The notes: a model not told the origin generated them from the sequence alone. A DNA stretch of 41,431 nt from a virus (IMGVR_UViG_3300033067_000158:1-41431); one strand, 5' to 3'; counted from the stretch's first letter, positions 24,900 to 31,649 are shown. A program made the numbers and translations.

Positions 24900-25049
24900 G
24901 TTTTTGAGAGACCAACTATCTTTCTTAAGGACTCATTGGCTTGTCTCGATTGAAGGAGTTTATCAACCTTGTGTTGCTACTGGCGTGTCAGTCTCAAGAA
25001 TCAGGGACCTAGCGCACAAGGGACTCAACTTCATCGTCTATCTCAAAAT
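24900..25049 (-). ncRNA. ~150 nt structured RNA of unknown family
   Basis: TTTTGAGA/TCTCAAAA closing stem; long inner rod GAAG..GAGT..CCTTGTG / CACAAGG..ACTC..CTTC. Confidence 0.5.
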
Positions 25050-25050
25050 C

Positions 25051-25125
25051 TGGTGCATCGTCTTGGACTCGAACCAAGTTCACTCTGCTTAAGAGGCAGG
25101 GCTTCACCATCAAAGTTTACAATGC
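25051..25125 (-). tRNA. tRNA-Lys(CUU)
   Basis: Loop CTCTTAA, ACCA. Confidence 0.85.
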
Positions 25126-25211
25126 ATAAATTAGTGTAAGTTCCTACTACCACCCATCGTTACTTACAACCGTTGAGTTACCATGCATCAAAACAAGGTA
25201 ACTATTTGCTC

Positions 25212-25289
25212 TGGCTCCGTACCTAGGGATCGAACCTAGCTCATTCTTGATTAACAGTCAAGCGCATACACCATGCTTGCTCGTACGGA
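25212..25289 (-). tRNA. tRNA-Asn(GUU)
   Basis: TCC start, loop CTGTTAA, GCCA. Confidence 0.88.
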
Positions 25290-25299
25290 ATAAAAAGAT

Positions 25300-25381
25300 T
25301 TGTAGTCGAGGACTCGAACCTCTCAAGTTGCGATCTTGACCGGATTAACCAGCTCCCGTTCCTGTCGGGTTTTACTACAAA
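25300..25381 (-). ncRNA. type II tRNA-like RNA with 5-nt anticodon loop
   Basis: TTGTAGT/ACTACAA, CCCG/CGGG, GCTGG-TTAAT-CCGGT, variable arm, GAGG-TTCGAGT-CCTC; no CCA. Confidence 0.55.
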
Positions 25382-25383
25382 AT

Positions 25384-25457
25384 TGGATGCGGGTGACAGA
25401 TTCGAACTGCCGATGCTCCGAGCTTATGAGACTGGAGTGGTGACCACCCTACCCGCT
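25384..25457 (-). tRNA. initiator-like tRNA-Met(CAU) with short D arm
   Basis: 1:72 mismatch, GCGGG acceptor, loop CTCATAA, TCCA. Confidence 0.7.
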
Positions 25458-25463
25458 ATAAAT

Positions 25464-25538
25464 TGGTACTGAGTACGGGAATCGAACCCGTCTTTGCGAC
25501 TTGAAAGGCCACCGTCCTAACCGATAGACGAACCCAGT
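25464..25538 (-). tRNA. tRNA-Glu(UUC)
   Basis: Loop CTTTCAA, ACCA. Confidence 0.9.
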
Positions 25539-25543
25539 ATGTT

Positions 25544-25618
25544 TGGCGACTCTGCGGGGAATCGAACCCCGATATCCAGCTAGACAGGCCGGTATAATAA
25601 CCACTATATGACAGAGCC
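25544..25618 (-). tRNA. tRNA-Asp(GUC)
   Basis: Loop CTGTCTA (U37), GCCA. Confidence 0.88.
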
Positions 25619-25742
25619 ATTAATTGAATCCTCTACACTATATGCCTACATTCAACACGCTTTACTGCAGGCTTACGGTTTATTGTGTAGGTTACATAAC
25701 GTATGATCAAACCTCTGAGCTTGCAGAGAATTCAATTAATGG
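25617..25742 (-). ncRNA. stem-closed small RNA cassette
   Basis: CCATTAATTGAATTCTCTGCA / TGTAGAGGATTCAATTAATGG 21-bp stem. Confidence 0.6.
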
Positions 25743-25813
25743 TACTTCCACAAGGTAACGCTCCTTGGTCTATCGATTATCAGTCGATTGCTCTACTATT
25801 AAGCTATGGAAGT
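25740..25813 (-). tRNA. tRNA-Ile(GAU), T loop AGCGUUA
   Basis: Loop CTGATAA, ACCA. Confidence 0.85.
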
Positions 25814-25817
25814 ATAT

Positions 25818-25892
25818 TGGTACTCGATAAGAGAATTGAACTCTTCTTGCCTGGTTGAAAACCAGATGTCCTGACCACTAGACGAATCGAGT
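25818..25892 (-). tRNA. tRNA-Glu(UUC), second copy
   Basis: Loop TTTTCAA, ACCA. Confidence 0.88.
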
Positions 25893-26029
25893 ATAAGTGT
25901 ATGAAAGCCCCATGATATATCCCAACGCTATTCATACATGATCGTTCTTAAAAACAATCCCCTATGTTTAGAACCTTATGCTTCCGACTTTACGTAAAGA
26001 CTTAGAAAGGATTTTTAGATTATGGATTT

Positions 26030-26058
26030 ATTATACCACATAATTTAATCGTTGTAAA
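26030..26058 (-). promoter_or_regulatory. promoter, T4-early-like GTTTACA -35
   Basis: TTTACA-17nt-TATAAT. Confidence 0.75.
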
Positions 26059-26088
26059 CAACTATTTTGCTTTTCTTACAAAATTTAT

Positions 26089-26174
26089 TGGTGCGAGTGG
26101 AGGGACTTGAACCCTCAATCCCTTACGGGCGACAGATTTTAAGTCTGTAGTGTATACCATTCCACCACACTCGC
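26089..26174 (-). tRNA. tRNA-Leu(UAA)
   Basis: Loop CTTAAAA, variable arm, ACCA. Confidence 0.92.
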
Positions 26175-26184
26175 ATTAATTATC

Positions 26185-26221
26185 TTACTTCTATTATACC
26201 ACAAGTTTGACTCGTTGTACA
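26185..26221 (-). repeat. 37-bp promoter copy identical to 27051-27087
   Basis: TTACTTCTATTATACCACAAGTTTGACTCGTTGTACA at both sites. Confidence 0.85.
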
Positions 26222-26231
26222 ACAGTTTTTA

Positions 26232-26309
26232 TGGAATCTGGAGTGAGATTTGAACTCACGGTTTTACGGATTTGCAATCCGTTGCAATGGGCCGCTCTGC
26301 CATCCAGAC
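26232..26309 (-). tRNA. tRNA-Cys(GCA)
   Basis: Loop TTGCAAA, TCCA. Confidence 0.88.
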
Positions 26310-26313
26310 ATAT

Positions 26314-26365
26314 TGTATCATATATGATTCATTAAGCAGGTTAGTGTATCATATATGATTCATTA
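26314..26365. repeat. two direct 21-bp repeats with palindromic core
   Basis: TGTATCATATATGATTCATTA at 26314 and 26345. Confidence 0.85.
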
Positions 26366-26368
26366 TTT

Positions 26369-26442
26369 TGGTCACCGCGGGCAGAGTCGAACTGCCGCTT
26401 CCTGTATCCAAGACAGGGATGCTACCGTAACATCTCGCGGAG
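26369..26442 (-). tRNA. tRNA-Pro(UGG), second divergent copy
   Basis: Loop CTTGGAT (A37), ACCA. Confidence 0.8.
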
Positions 26443-26451
26443 ATTAAATTT

Positions 26452-26526
26452 TGGTGGACCGTAAGAGACTCGAACTCTTATTCCCGACGTGCAAGGCCAG
26501 TGTAATTCCCCCTATACTAACAGCCC
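26452..26526 (-). tRNA. tRNA-Ala(UGC)
   Basis: G3:U70, loop CTTGCAC, ACCA. Confidence 0.9.
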
Positions 26527-26534
26527 AAAATTTT

Positions 26535-26624
26535 TGGTGGTGAGTGTGGGATTCGAACCCACGTGCCGTTTCCAACACACTCCTTAGCAGGGAGGTACGA
26601 TTAACCAGACTCTGTCAACTCACC
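26535..26624 (-). tRNA. tRNA-Ser(GCU)
   Basis: Loop CTGCTAA, variable arm, ACCA. Confidence 0.88.
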
Positions 26625-26709
26625 ATATTAGAGAACACTAACGTCTATCGTCATGCTCGGAATAAATTCCTGTCAGCTTCGTGATGCGTACTAATGTACT
26701 CTAATATAG
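26623..26709 (-). ncRNA. stem-closed small RNA cassette
   Basis: CTATATTAGAGTACATTAG / TTAGTGTTCTCTAATATGG. Confidence 0.6.
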
Positions 26710-26711
26710 TC

Positions 26712-26776
26712 ACCATATTGAAGTACACTAAACATTCCCGCCCCTATACGACATGAATAATGTACTTCAATATGGT
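26712..26776 (-). ncRNA. stem-closed small RNA cassette
   Basis: ACCATATTGAAGTACATTA / TAGTGTACTTCAATATGGT. Confidence 0.6.
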
Positions 26777-26862
26777 GGAAGCTGTGGGATTCGAACCCAC
26801 GGACCCCGTTAAGGATCGCTAGTTTTCAAGACTAGTGCGTTAAACCGCTCTGCCAAGCTTCC
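26773..26862 (-). tRNA. tRNA-Ser(UGA)
   Basis: Loop CTTGAAA, variable arm, ACCA. Confidence 0.92.
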
Positions 26863-26874
26863 AAATTGCTATGA

Positions 26875-26890
26875 ATTTTTAAAGAACGTT
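26875..26890 (-). promoter_or_regulatory. boxA-like Nus antitermination site
   Basis: CGTTCTTTAAAAA ~20 nt downstream of the promoter at 26913-26941. Confidence 0.55.
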
Positions 26891-26912
26891 TGGATTTTTA
26901 ATCCATGTAGTT

Positions 26913-26941
26913 ATTATACCACACTTTAAGCCCGTAGATAC
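26913..26941 (-). promoter_or_regulatory. promoter variant (cggg spacer, extended -10)
   Basis: cgggcttaaagtgtgg TATAAT, weak -35. Confidence 0.6.
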
Positions 26942-26961
26942 GAAAACTTAAAAATAAATTT

Positions 26962-27038
26962 TGGCGGGGGTAACTGGATTCGAACCAGTGATGACGATTT
27001 CAAAGACCGTTGCCTTAGGCCAACTAGGCGATACCCCT
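26962..27038 (-). tRNA. tRNA-Gln(UUG)
   Basis: Loop CTTTGAA, 1:72 mismatch, GCCA. Confidence 0.9.
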
Positions 27039-27058
27039 ACAATTTGTTTGTTACTTCT

Positions 27059-27087
27059 ATTATACCACAAGTTTGACTCGTTGTACA
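27059..27087 (-). promoter_or_regulatory. phage early-type promoter at head of tRNA array
   Basis: TGTACA acgag...gtgg TATAAT. Confidence 0.75.
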
Positions 27088-27152
27088 CTAGTAGTTGACT
27101 AATTTAGTAAACTTCCTTAGAAGCTTTGCTTACCGAATCAGCGTATGGATAA

Positions 27153-27181
27153 ATTATACCATAGTTTGATCCCGTTGTAAA
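27153..27181 (-). promoter_or_regulatory. promoter, GTTTACA -35
   Basis: TTTACA acggg...tgg TATAAT. Confidence 0.75.
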
Positions 27182-27237
27182 CAGGTAGTTGACTAAATTA
27201 GTAAACTATAGAAACTGAATACTTTAGTTCTATAACG

Positions 27238-27267
27238 AAAAAACCCTGACTTTTTAGGGTCAGGGTT
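27238..27267 (-). terminator. intrinsic terminator (candidate attenuator)
   Basis: AACCCTGAC-cctaaaaa-GTCAGGGTT TTTT. Confidence 0.85.
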
Positions 27268-27292
27268 CTTGAAGTTTGTTTAGTGAGATGCT

Positions 27293-27433
27293 TTAAGCGT
27301 ATCCACTACCTTCTTGTAACCCTGAACTTTTACCGCAATCATTAATATTGTGCGCATAAAATCCTGCCCATGATGATTCACTTTGACGTGTCATCGGCGT
27401 AACTTTAACGAGCTGTAAGGATAATTTTTTCAT
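27293..27433 (-). CDS. 46-aa leader peptide containing all 20 amino acids (not in ORF track)
   Basis: MKKLSLQLVKVTPMTRQSESSWAGFYAHNINDCGKSSGLQEGSGYA; carries TCAGGGTT complementary to the terminator 5' arm. Confidence 0.75.
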   Translation of the reverse strand: MKKLSLQLVKVTPMTRQSESSWAGFYAHNINDCGKSSGLQEGSGYA

Positions 27434-27487
27434 ATAGTTTATATATACGTTTAGTGTTCTCTATGTGAACTTTTTTTAAAATATTTT

Positions 27488-27619
27488 TTAATCCATTAAG
27501 ATGTAGTCTTCTTTACATACACCGCAATCTGGACACAAATAATCATCTGGCATTGCATTGAATTCTTCCTCAGTCAATGTGTGGCCACAAACAATACAAA
27601 CATAAACACGATCTGACAT
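27488..27619 (-). CDS. rubredoxin (43 aa, not in ORF track)
   Basis: YVCIVCGH...PDDYLCPDCGVCKEDY; TAATG coupled to rubrerythrin. Confidence 0.9.
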   Translation of the reverse strand: MSDRVYVCIVCGHTLTEEEFNAMPDDYLCPDCGVCKEDYILMD

Positions 27620-28068
27620 TACATTGCCTCCCAAACTTGTTGATACGCTTCAGCATGTCGCTTCTCAACTTTTGCTAATGCCGCAAATCGTTTCTCTGCT
27701 AGTGCTAACACCTTTTTAAACTCTTCAGCGTGATACTCAGATTCAGCAATCTGATGTGCTGCTTCTCGTTCTGCTTCTTGGTTACCCTCAGCAATCGCTT
27801 CAGCTTTCATCTTAGGATACATTTGGGTGTACTCGTGAGTCTCGCCTTCAATAGCCATTTCAATTGCATGCTTGGTTGATGGTTTACCGATCAACAATTC
27901 TAAGTGACCCCATGCATGTAATAATTCTTGATCTGCGGTATGTTCAAAGTGTTTTGCAACATCTTCAAAACCTTCAGCACGAGCTAGCTTTGCAAAGTAG
28001 CGATACTTGACATGAGCCATAGACTCACCTGCTAAAGCAGCTTCAAGATTTTTGATTGTTACTGACAT
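27619..28068 (-). CDS. rubrerythrin (ferritin-like di-iron)
   Basis: NLEAALAGESMA..Y.YFA, ELLHA, GETHEYTQMYP, EYH, VEKRHAEAY. Confidence 0.92.
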   Translation of the reverse strand: MSVTIKNLEAALAGESMAHVKYRYFAKLARAEGFEDVAKHFEHTADQELLHAWGHLELLIGKPSTKHAIEMAIEGETHEYTQMYPKMKAEAIAEGNQEAEREAAHQIAESEYHAEEFKKVLALAEKRFAALAKVEKRHAEAYQQVWEAM

Positions 28069-28174
28069 AATTTCTCCATTAATAAATTTGATTCAATATT
28101 ATGTATCAATAAACTTTCTTAATAGTCACAATCTAACGTCAATCGTTTTGATCATGGCTATTAAGAAAATTGAT

Positions 28175-28250
28175 TGGCGCGGCTAGAGAGATTCGAACTC
28201 CCATCGGACGGTGTAGAAGACCGTTGCCTTATCCATTAGACCATAGCCGC
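28175..28250 (-). tRNA. tRNA-Arg(UCU)
   Basis: Loop CTTCTAC, GCCA; outside the main array. Confidence 0.9.
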
Positions 28251-28255
28251 ACAAT

Positions 28256-28552
28256 TCATTTGACTAAAAGATACCTATTAAGAAAATCTTTGGTGTCACT
28301 GACAGTTCTAAATTCTTTGTTATATTCTACACCATCGCAGCGCTTAGCAAGCAAGGTGATTGAACGCGTTGAGTCGACTAACAGGAATCCTCTTACATAC
28401 TTAGAGATGAATGGAACCTCATAACATGTATGTTCACCATCAGTAACTTTAGAGAAGTAATAGTTCTTATCAGAAGAACCCGAGAAGAAGACCCACGCAT
28501 GTAGATCTTTAGCCATCTCGCTTCTAAGTAAATATTTATCAAATTTAGACAA
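28256..28552 (-). CDS. hypothetical protein
   Basis: 98 aa, TTG start. Confidence 0.55.
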   Translation of the reverse strand: MSKFDKYLLRSEMAKDLHAWVFFSGSSDKNYYFSKVTDGEHTCYEVPFISKYVRGFLLVDSTRSITLLAKRCDGVEYNKEFRTVSDTKDFLNRYLLVK

Positions 28553-28739
28553 AACTTTTCACCACTGCAAAGATTATTAATGCTGCCATTCCATACATCA
28601 AAAGTGTGATGATTGGACGGATGAATAGAATTACCAATAAGACTACGATAAGTGTAGAGAAACCACCAAAGTCAATCAATAGTGGTGTCTCATTACTTAT
28701 GACTTCTTCAACTGTTTGTTCAATTGTTTCGATACTCAT
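28545..28739 (-). CDS. small membrane protein
   Basis: AGGAG SD, promoter 28768-28796. Confidence 0.65.
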   Translation of the reverse strand: MSIETIEQTVEEVISNETPLLIDFGGFSTLIVVLLVILFIRPIITLLMYGMAALIIFAVVKSFV

Positions 28740-28767
28740 GTACAGCTCCTGTGCAATTTATGGATCT

Positions 28768-28796
28768 ATTATACCACATGTCATGCCCGTTGTACA
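28768..28796 (-). promoter_or_regulatory. phage early-type promoter
   Basis: TGTACA acggg...gtgg TATAAT. Confidence 0.75.
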
Positions 28797-28808
28797 CCGT
28801 TATTTTGC

Positions 28809-29489
28809 TTATCGAACTGTATCAGTTAGTATTACAGCATCACCTCGTGCCAAAGCTTGCTCAACTTGTGACTTGACTTTGGCATCAGAAATGTTGTTGT
28901 GTGGTAAATCCCGAGCACGTTCACTCAATGTCTTCTCGTCATTCTTACGTTCTTGAAGCTTGATTGCATCCTTGGCTTTACGCTTTTCAATACGCTGTGA
29001 TTGCTGTACAAGTTTGTTATTGTCGGTATAGTCATACACTAAGCGAACAAAAACTCGATAACCACGACCTTCACGACGAACTTCAATTTTATCTCGTTTA
29101 AAGCCAACAATCAATGTACTATCAACAATGCCTTTAGTTACACGCTTAGTGTTACGTTCAACATCATCAATGTCAGTGCCATTACCTTCTTCAGCAATCA
29201 TAGTTTCAGTTTCCATTTTGATATGGTTTTGAACCTGTGATGCAAGTTGTGCCTTAGCTGCTAACATTGCTTTATCAATTGCAAACTGATAATCTGCTGA
29301 GTATTCTGTTGCAGTAGAAAAGATATGTGAACCATCATTTGCCAAATGCATAGTGAACCATTCAGGCGCCATAGTCAAATCGACTTTGTCTGAACCTTGT
29401 ACCCAGTCTGCTTTCTTCTCAACTAGAGAAGTGCTACTACAACCCACTAATGATGTTGCAACTACTACCAATGCTAAAAGCTTTTTCAT
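28809..29489 (-). CDS. lipoprotein (LPP20-like)
   Basis: LVGC lipobox, PEWF, AIDKAMLAAKAQLA. Confidence 0.75.
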   Translation of the reverse strand: MKKLLALVVVATSLVGCSSTSLVEKKADWVQGSDKVDLTMAPEWFTMHLANDGSHIFSTATEYSADYQFAIDKAMLAAKAQLASQVQNHIKMETETMIAEEGNGTDIDDVERNTKRVTKGIVDSTLIVGFKRDKIEVRREGRGYRVFVRLVYDYTDNNKLVQQSQRIEKRKAKDAIKLQERKNDEKTLSERARDLPHNNISDAKVKSQVEQALARGDAVILTDTVR

Positions 29490-29498
29490 AATATAATC

Positions 29499-30203
29499 CT
29501 ATTGTTCAATAAGGAGGTTACGACGAATGATTCGTCTATCAAGTATTGGAAGGCCCATCAGTTTAGTGTTGAACTCATCCACGTTATATTTACGCAAGAA
29601 CTTTAAGTCTTTTTGCGTAAACACAAACACCATTGTCTCGTCAAACTTACTTGCACGAGCTATCAATTTATAATCTTTTGGAGGGATAGTTACTACATCA
29701 TCTACACGTTGTGTCCAGATCATGTTAACAAGTTTACCCTCAATGTGAAACACATACACTTGTGCAGGTTCACTTGTTTTGAATGTCCATCGAACTTCAT
29801 CTCCACTTTTATATAAGAATCGTCCATCAATGAATGCATCGATCTTTGGTTGTTTGTTAGTTACTTCAACATCTACTTCAACACTGCAAACTTTTCTATC
29901 AGCAATAGACTTAACTACGCGTTCACTAGACTTTAAACGTTTGATGTACGAATCACTAAGTGAATGAACAGTAGAATCAATTGAACATTTGACTTCACCT
30001 GAAGTCTCTTGGCATTGACTTTGTTCATTCACTGTAATAGTTTCACCAAGGACACTACGAATAGCATCGATCTTAGCGTATGATTCGGCTTTAGCACAAG
30101 CATAATTCTCGCTTACGTCTGGGCCAAAGTGGTACTGACCTGAGCCAGTAGCCGCTAAGGCGCCATTAGTTATAGCCGCGAGTATTATGATCGTCTTTTT
30201 CAT
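29499..30203 (-). CDS. exported protein
   Basis: Signal peptide, paired Cys; in operon with the lipoprotein. Confidence 0.75.
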   Translation of the reverse strand: MKKTIIILAAITNGALAATGSGQYHFGPDVSENYACAKAESYAKIDAIRSVLGETITVNEQSQCQETSGEVKCSIDSTVHSLSDSYIKRLKSSERVVKSIADRKVCSVEVDVEVTNKQPKIDAFIDGRFLYKSGDEVRWTFKTSEPAQVYVFHIEGKLVNMIWTQRVDDVVTIPPKDYKLIARASKFDETMVFVFTQKDLKFLRKYNVDEFNTKLMGLPILDRRIIRRNLLIEQ

Positions 30204-30295
30204 CTACAAAGATTTCCGCTGTTGTAGATATTATATCACAGATTGATGCCCGCGGGAACCGTTCTGTGATAAAAAGTACGATTTCTTCTACGCTA

Positions 30296-30946
30296 TTACT
30301 TCTTAGGTGCCACTGGCTTTTTTCGAGCTGCTGGCTTTGCGGGTTTAGCTGCTGGAGCTTTACGAGGTACTTTTGCATCGTTCTTTACTTGCTTTTCAAA
30401 TTTATCTTGGCGAAGTTTTAAACGTTGAAGAACTTGTTCGCCATCCATCCAAATGTCTCTGTTATCTAACACAGAAGCAACTTCATCATCTGTCAAAAAG
30501 TCTTTGTAAATGCGGCTTAACAAATGTTGAGACCATTTACGTTCATGCATAAGTTGGTCAATCATTTCACCACCTTTACCAACAGTGCCACCTGAATAAT
30601 TGTGGAACATGAAGACACTGTGCTCACTCACTTCAAAACTATCAGCACAAAGGAATACCATTGTTGCAGCCGACATACATGCACCTTCAACAGAACAAAT
30701 AACATGTGCTGGTGAATCTGCGATTGCACGAAGGAATTGAATAGCCGTGAATAGATCACCACCATAAGAATTAATGTGGATTTGAATGATATCATTCTCA
30801 CCAGCATTACGCATAATTTCAAACCAAGAGATGTACTCGTTTGGTTCTCCAATAGTACCACTCAAATAAAACGTATGCAATGATGCAACAGGTTTATTAA
30901 TGAATGCTTTAATATGATTAGTTGTTGGTTGTAGAGGTTGGCTCAT
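30296..30946 (-). CDS. ClpP-like serine protease
   Basis: IHINSYGGD, GACMSAATM (Ser), FMFHN (His), DIWM; start taken at MSQPL. Confidence 0.88.
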   Translation of the reverse strand: MSQPLQPTTNHIKAFINKPVASLHTFYLSGTIGEPNEYISWFEIMRNAGENDIIQIHINSYGGDLFTAIQFLRAIADSPAHVICSVEGACMSAATMVFLCADSFEVSEHSVFMFHNYSGGTVGKGGEMIDQLMHERKWSQHLLSRIYKDFLTDDEVASVLDNRDIWMDGEQVLQRLKLRQDKFEKQVKNDAKVPRKAPAAKPAKPAARKKPVAPKK

Positions 30947-31649
30947 AACGAATTCCTTTTTCTCTTTCGTATAATCGGATTTTCTTGACGAGGTCACCTG
31001 CGTGATTATCTCGGTGTTCTTTGAATACAAGTGGTGGACCATTTTCTACTGCCATGATAGTTACAAGGTTGACAATAGGAAGTTTAGTTCGTTCTTCAAA
31101 CATAATAGCATATGCTGCTTCTTGTTCAAAGTAGTCTTTAATATCTTCTGCGGTCTTTACACGTGATGATGTTTTAAAATCAATGATTGATAGTACACCA
31201 TCAAACTCTGCGATACAATCTACTCGACCAGCTAAGTGAAGGAAGTCTGAGTAAAGTGGAACTTCTTGAAGATAGACTTTACCAATGCGTTCATCAAGGA
31301 TTGGTTTGATGCTATTAAACATCATCTTGACATGTGGCATCGTTTTTGGCGTAAAGTAATCTACCTCGTTGTCTATATATCGTTCACAAATACTATGAAG
31401 TGCAGTGCCTCGATTAGAAGCATGTCTACCAACGCGATTTGCCTCTTCTTCACCAACAGCTTTACGCCATTCCATAAGCTTATGCTTACCAAAATGGCCT
31501 AAGACTGTCGTGATTGATGGGTACTGTACACCTGATGGAGTAGCGTATAATCTACCCTTATCAGTTGTTTCTGCAATTAGATCTTCATAACCAAGATCAC
31601 AACCAAGATGCTCAAAGGTCTTCCGTGTCGTAACGTTTGTACTTAGCAC
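30918..31649 (-). CDS. PD-(D/E)XK exonuclease (Cas4-like, T4-like phages)
   Basis: YPSITTVL, RGTALH, AGRVDCI, IIDFKTS, QEAAY. Confidence 0.88.
   Translation of the reverse strand: MLSTNVTTRKTFEHLGCDLGYEDLIAETTDKGRLYATPSGVQYPSITTVLGHFGKHKLMEWRKAVGEEEANRVGRHASNRGTALHSICERYIDNEVDYFTPKTMPHVKMMFNSIKPILDERIGKVYLQEVPLYSDFLHLAGRVDCIAEFDGVLSIIDFKTSSRVKTAEDIKDYFEQEAAYAIMFEERTKLPIVNLVTIMAVENGPPLVFKEHRDNHAGDLVKKIRLYEREKGIRYEPTSTTNN

Noticed and set aside
20257-25092. ORF-track entries 20257-20475, 21358-21594, 22967-23245, 23726-24064, 24102-24323, 24259-24447, 24904-25092
   Set aside because: They overlap tRNAs or structured RNAs, mostly antisense or without an SD; treated as spurious.
20124-27038. 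CRISPR-like array suggested by recurring motifs
   Set aside because: The recurrences are tRNA T arms, CCA ends, promoters and inverted-repeat stems, not equal-length direct repeats with regular spacers. The Cas4-like exonuclease is a common stand-alone phage gene.
28115-28168. OxyR site upstream of rubrerythrin
   Set aside because: The ATAG...CTAT span is 40 nt rather than the 37-nt OxyR pattern; better explained as a 19-bp RNA hairpin after tRNA-Arg.
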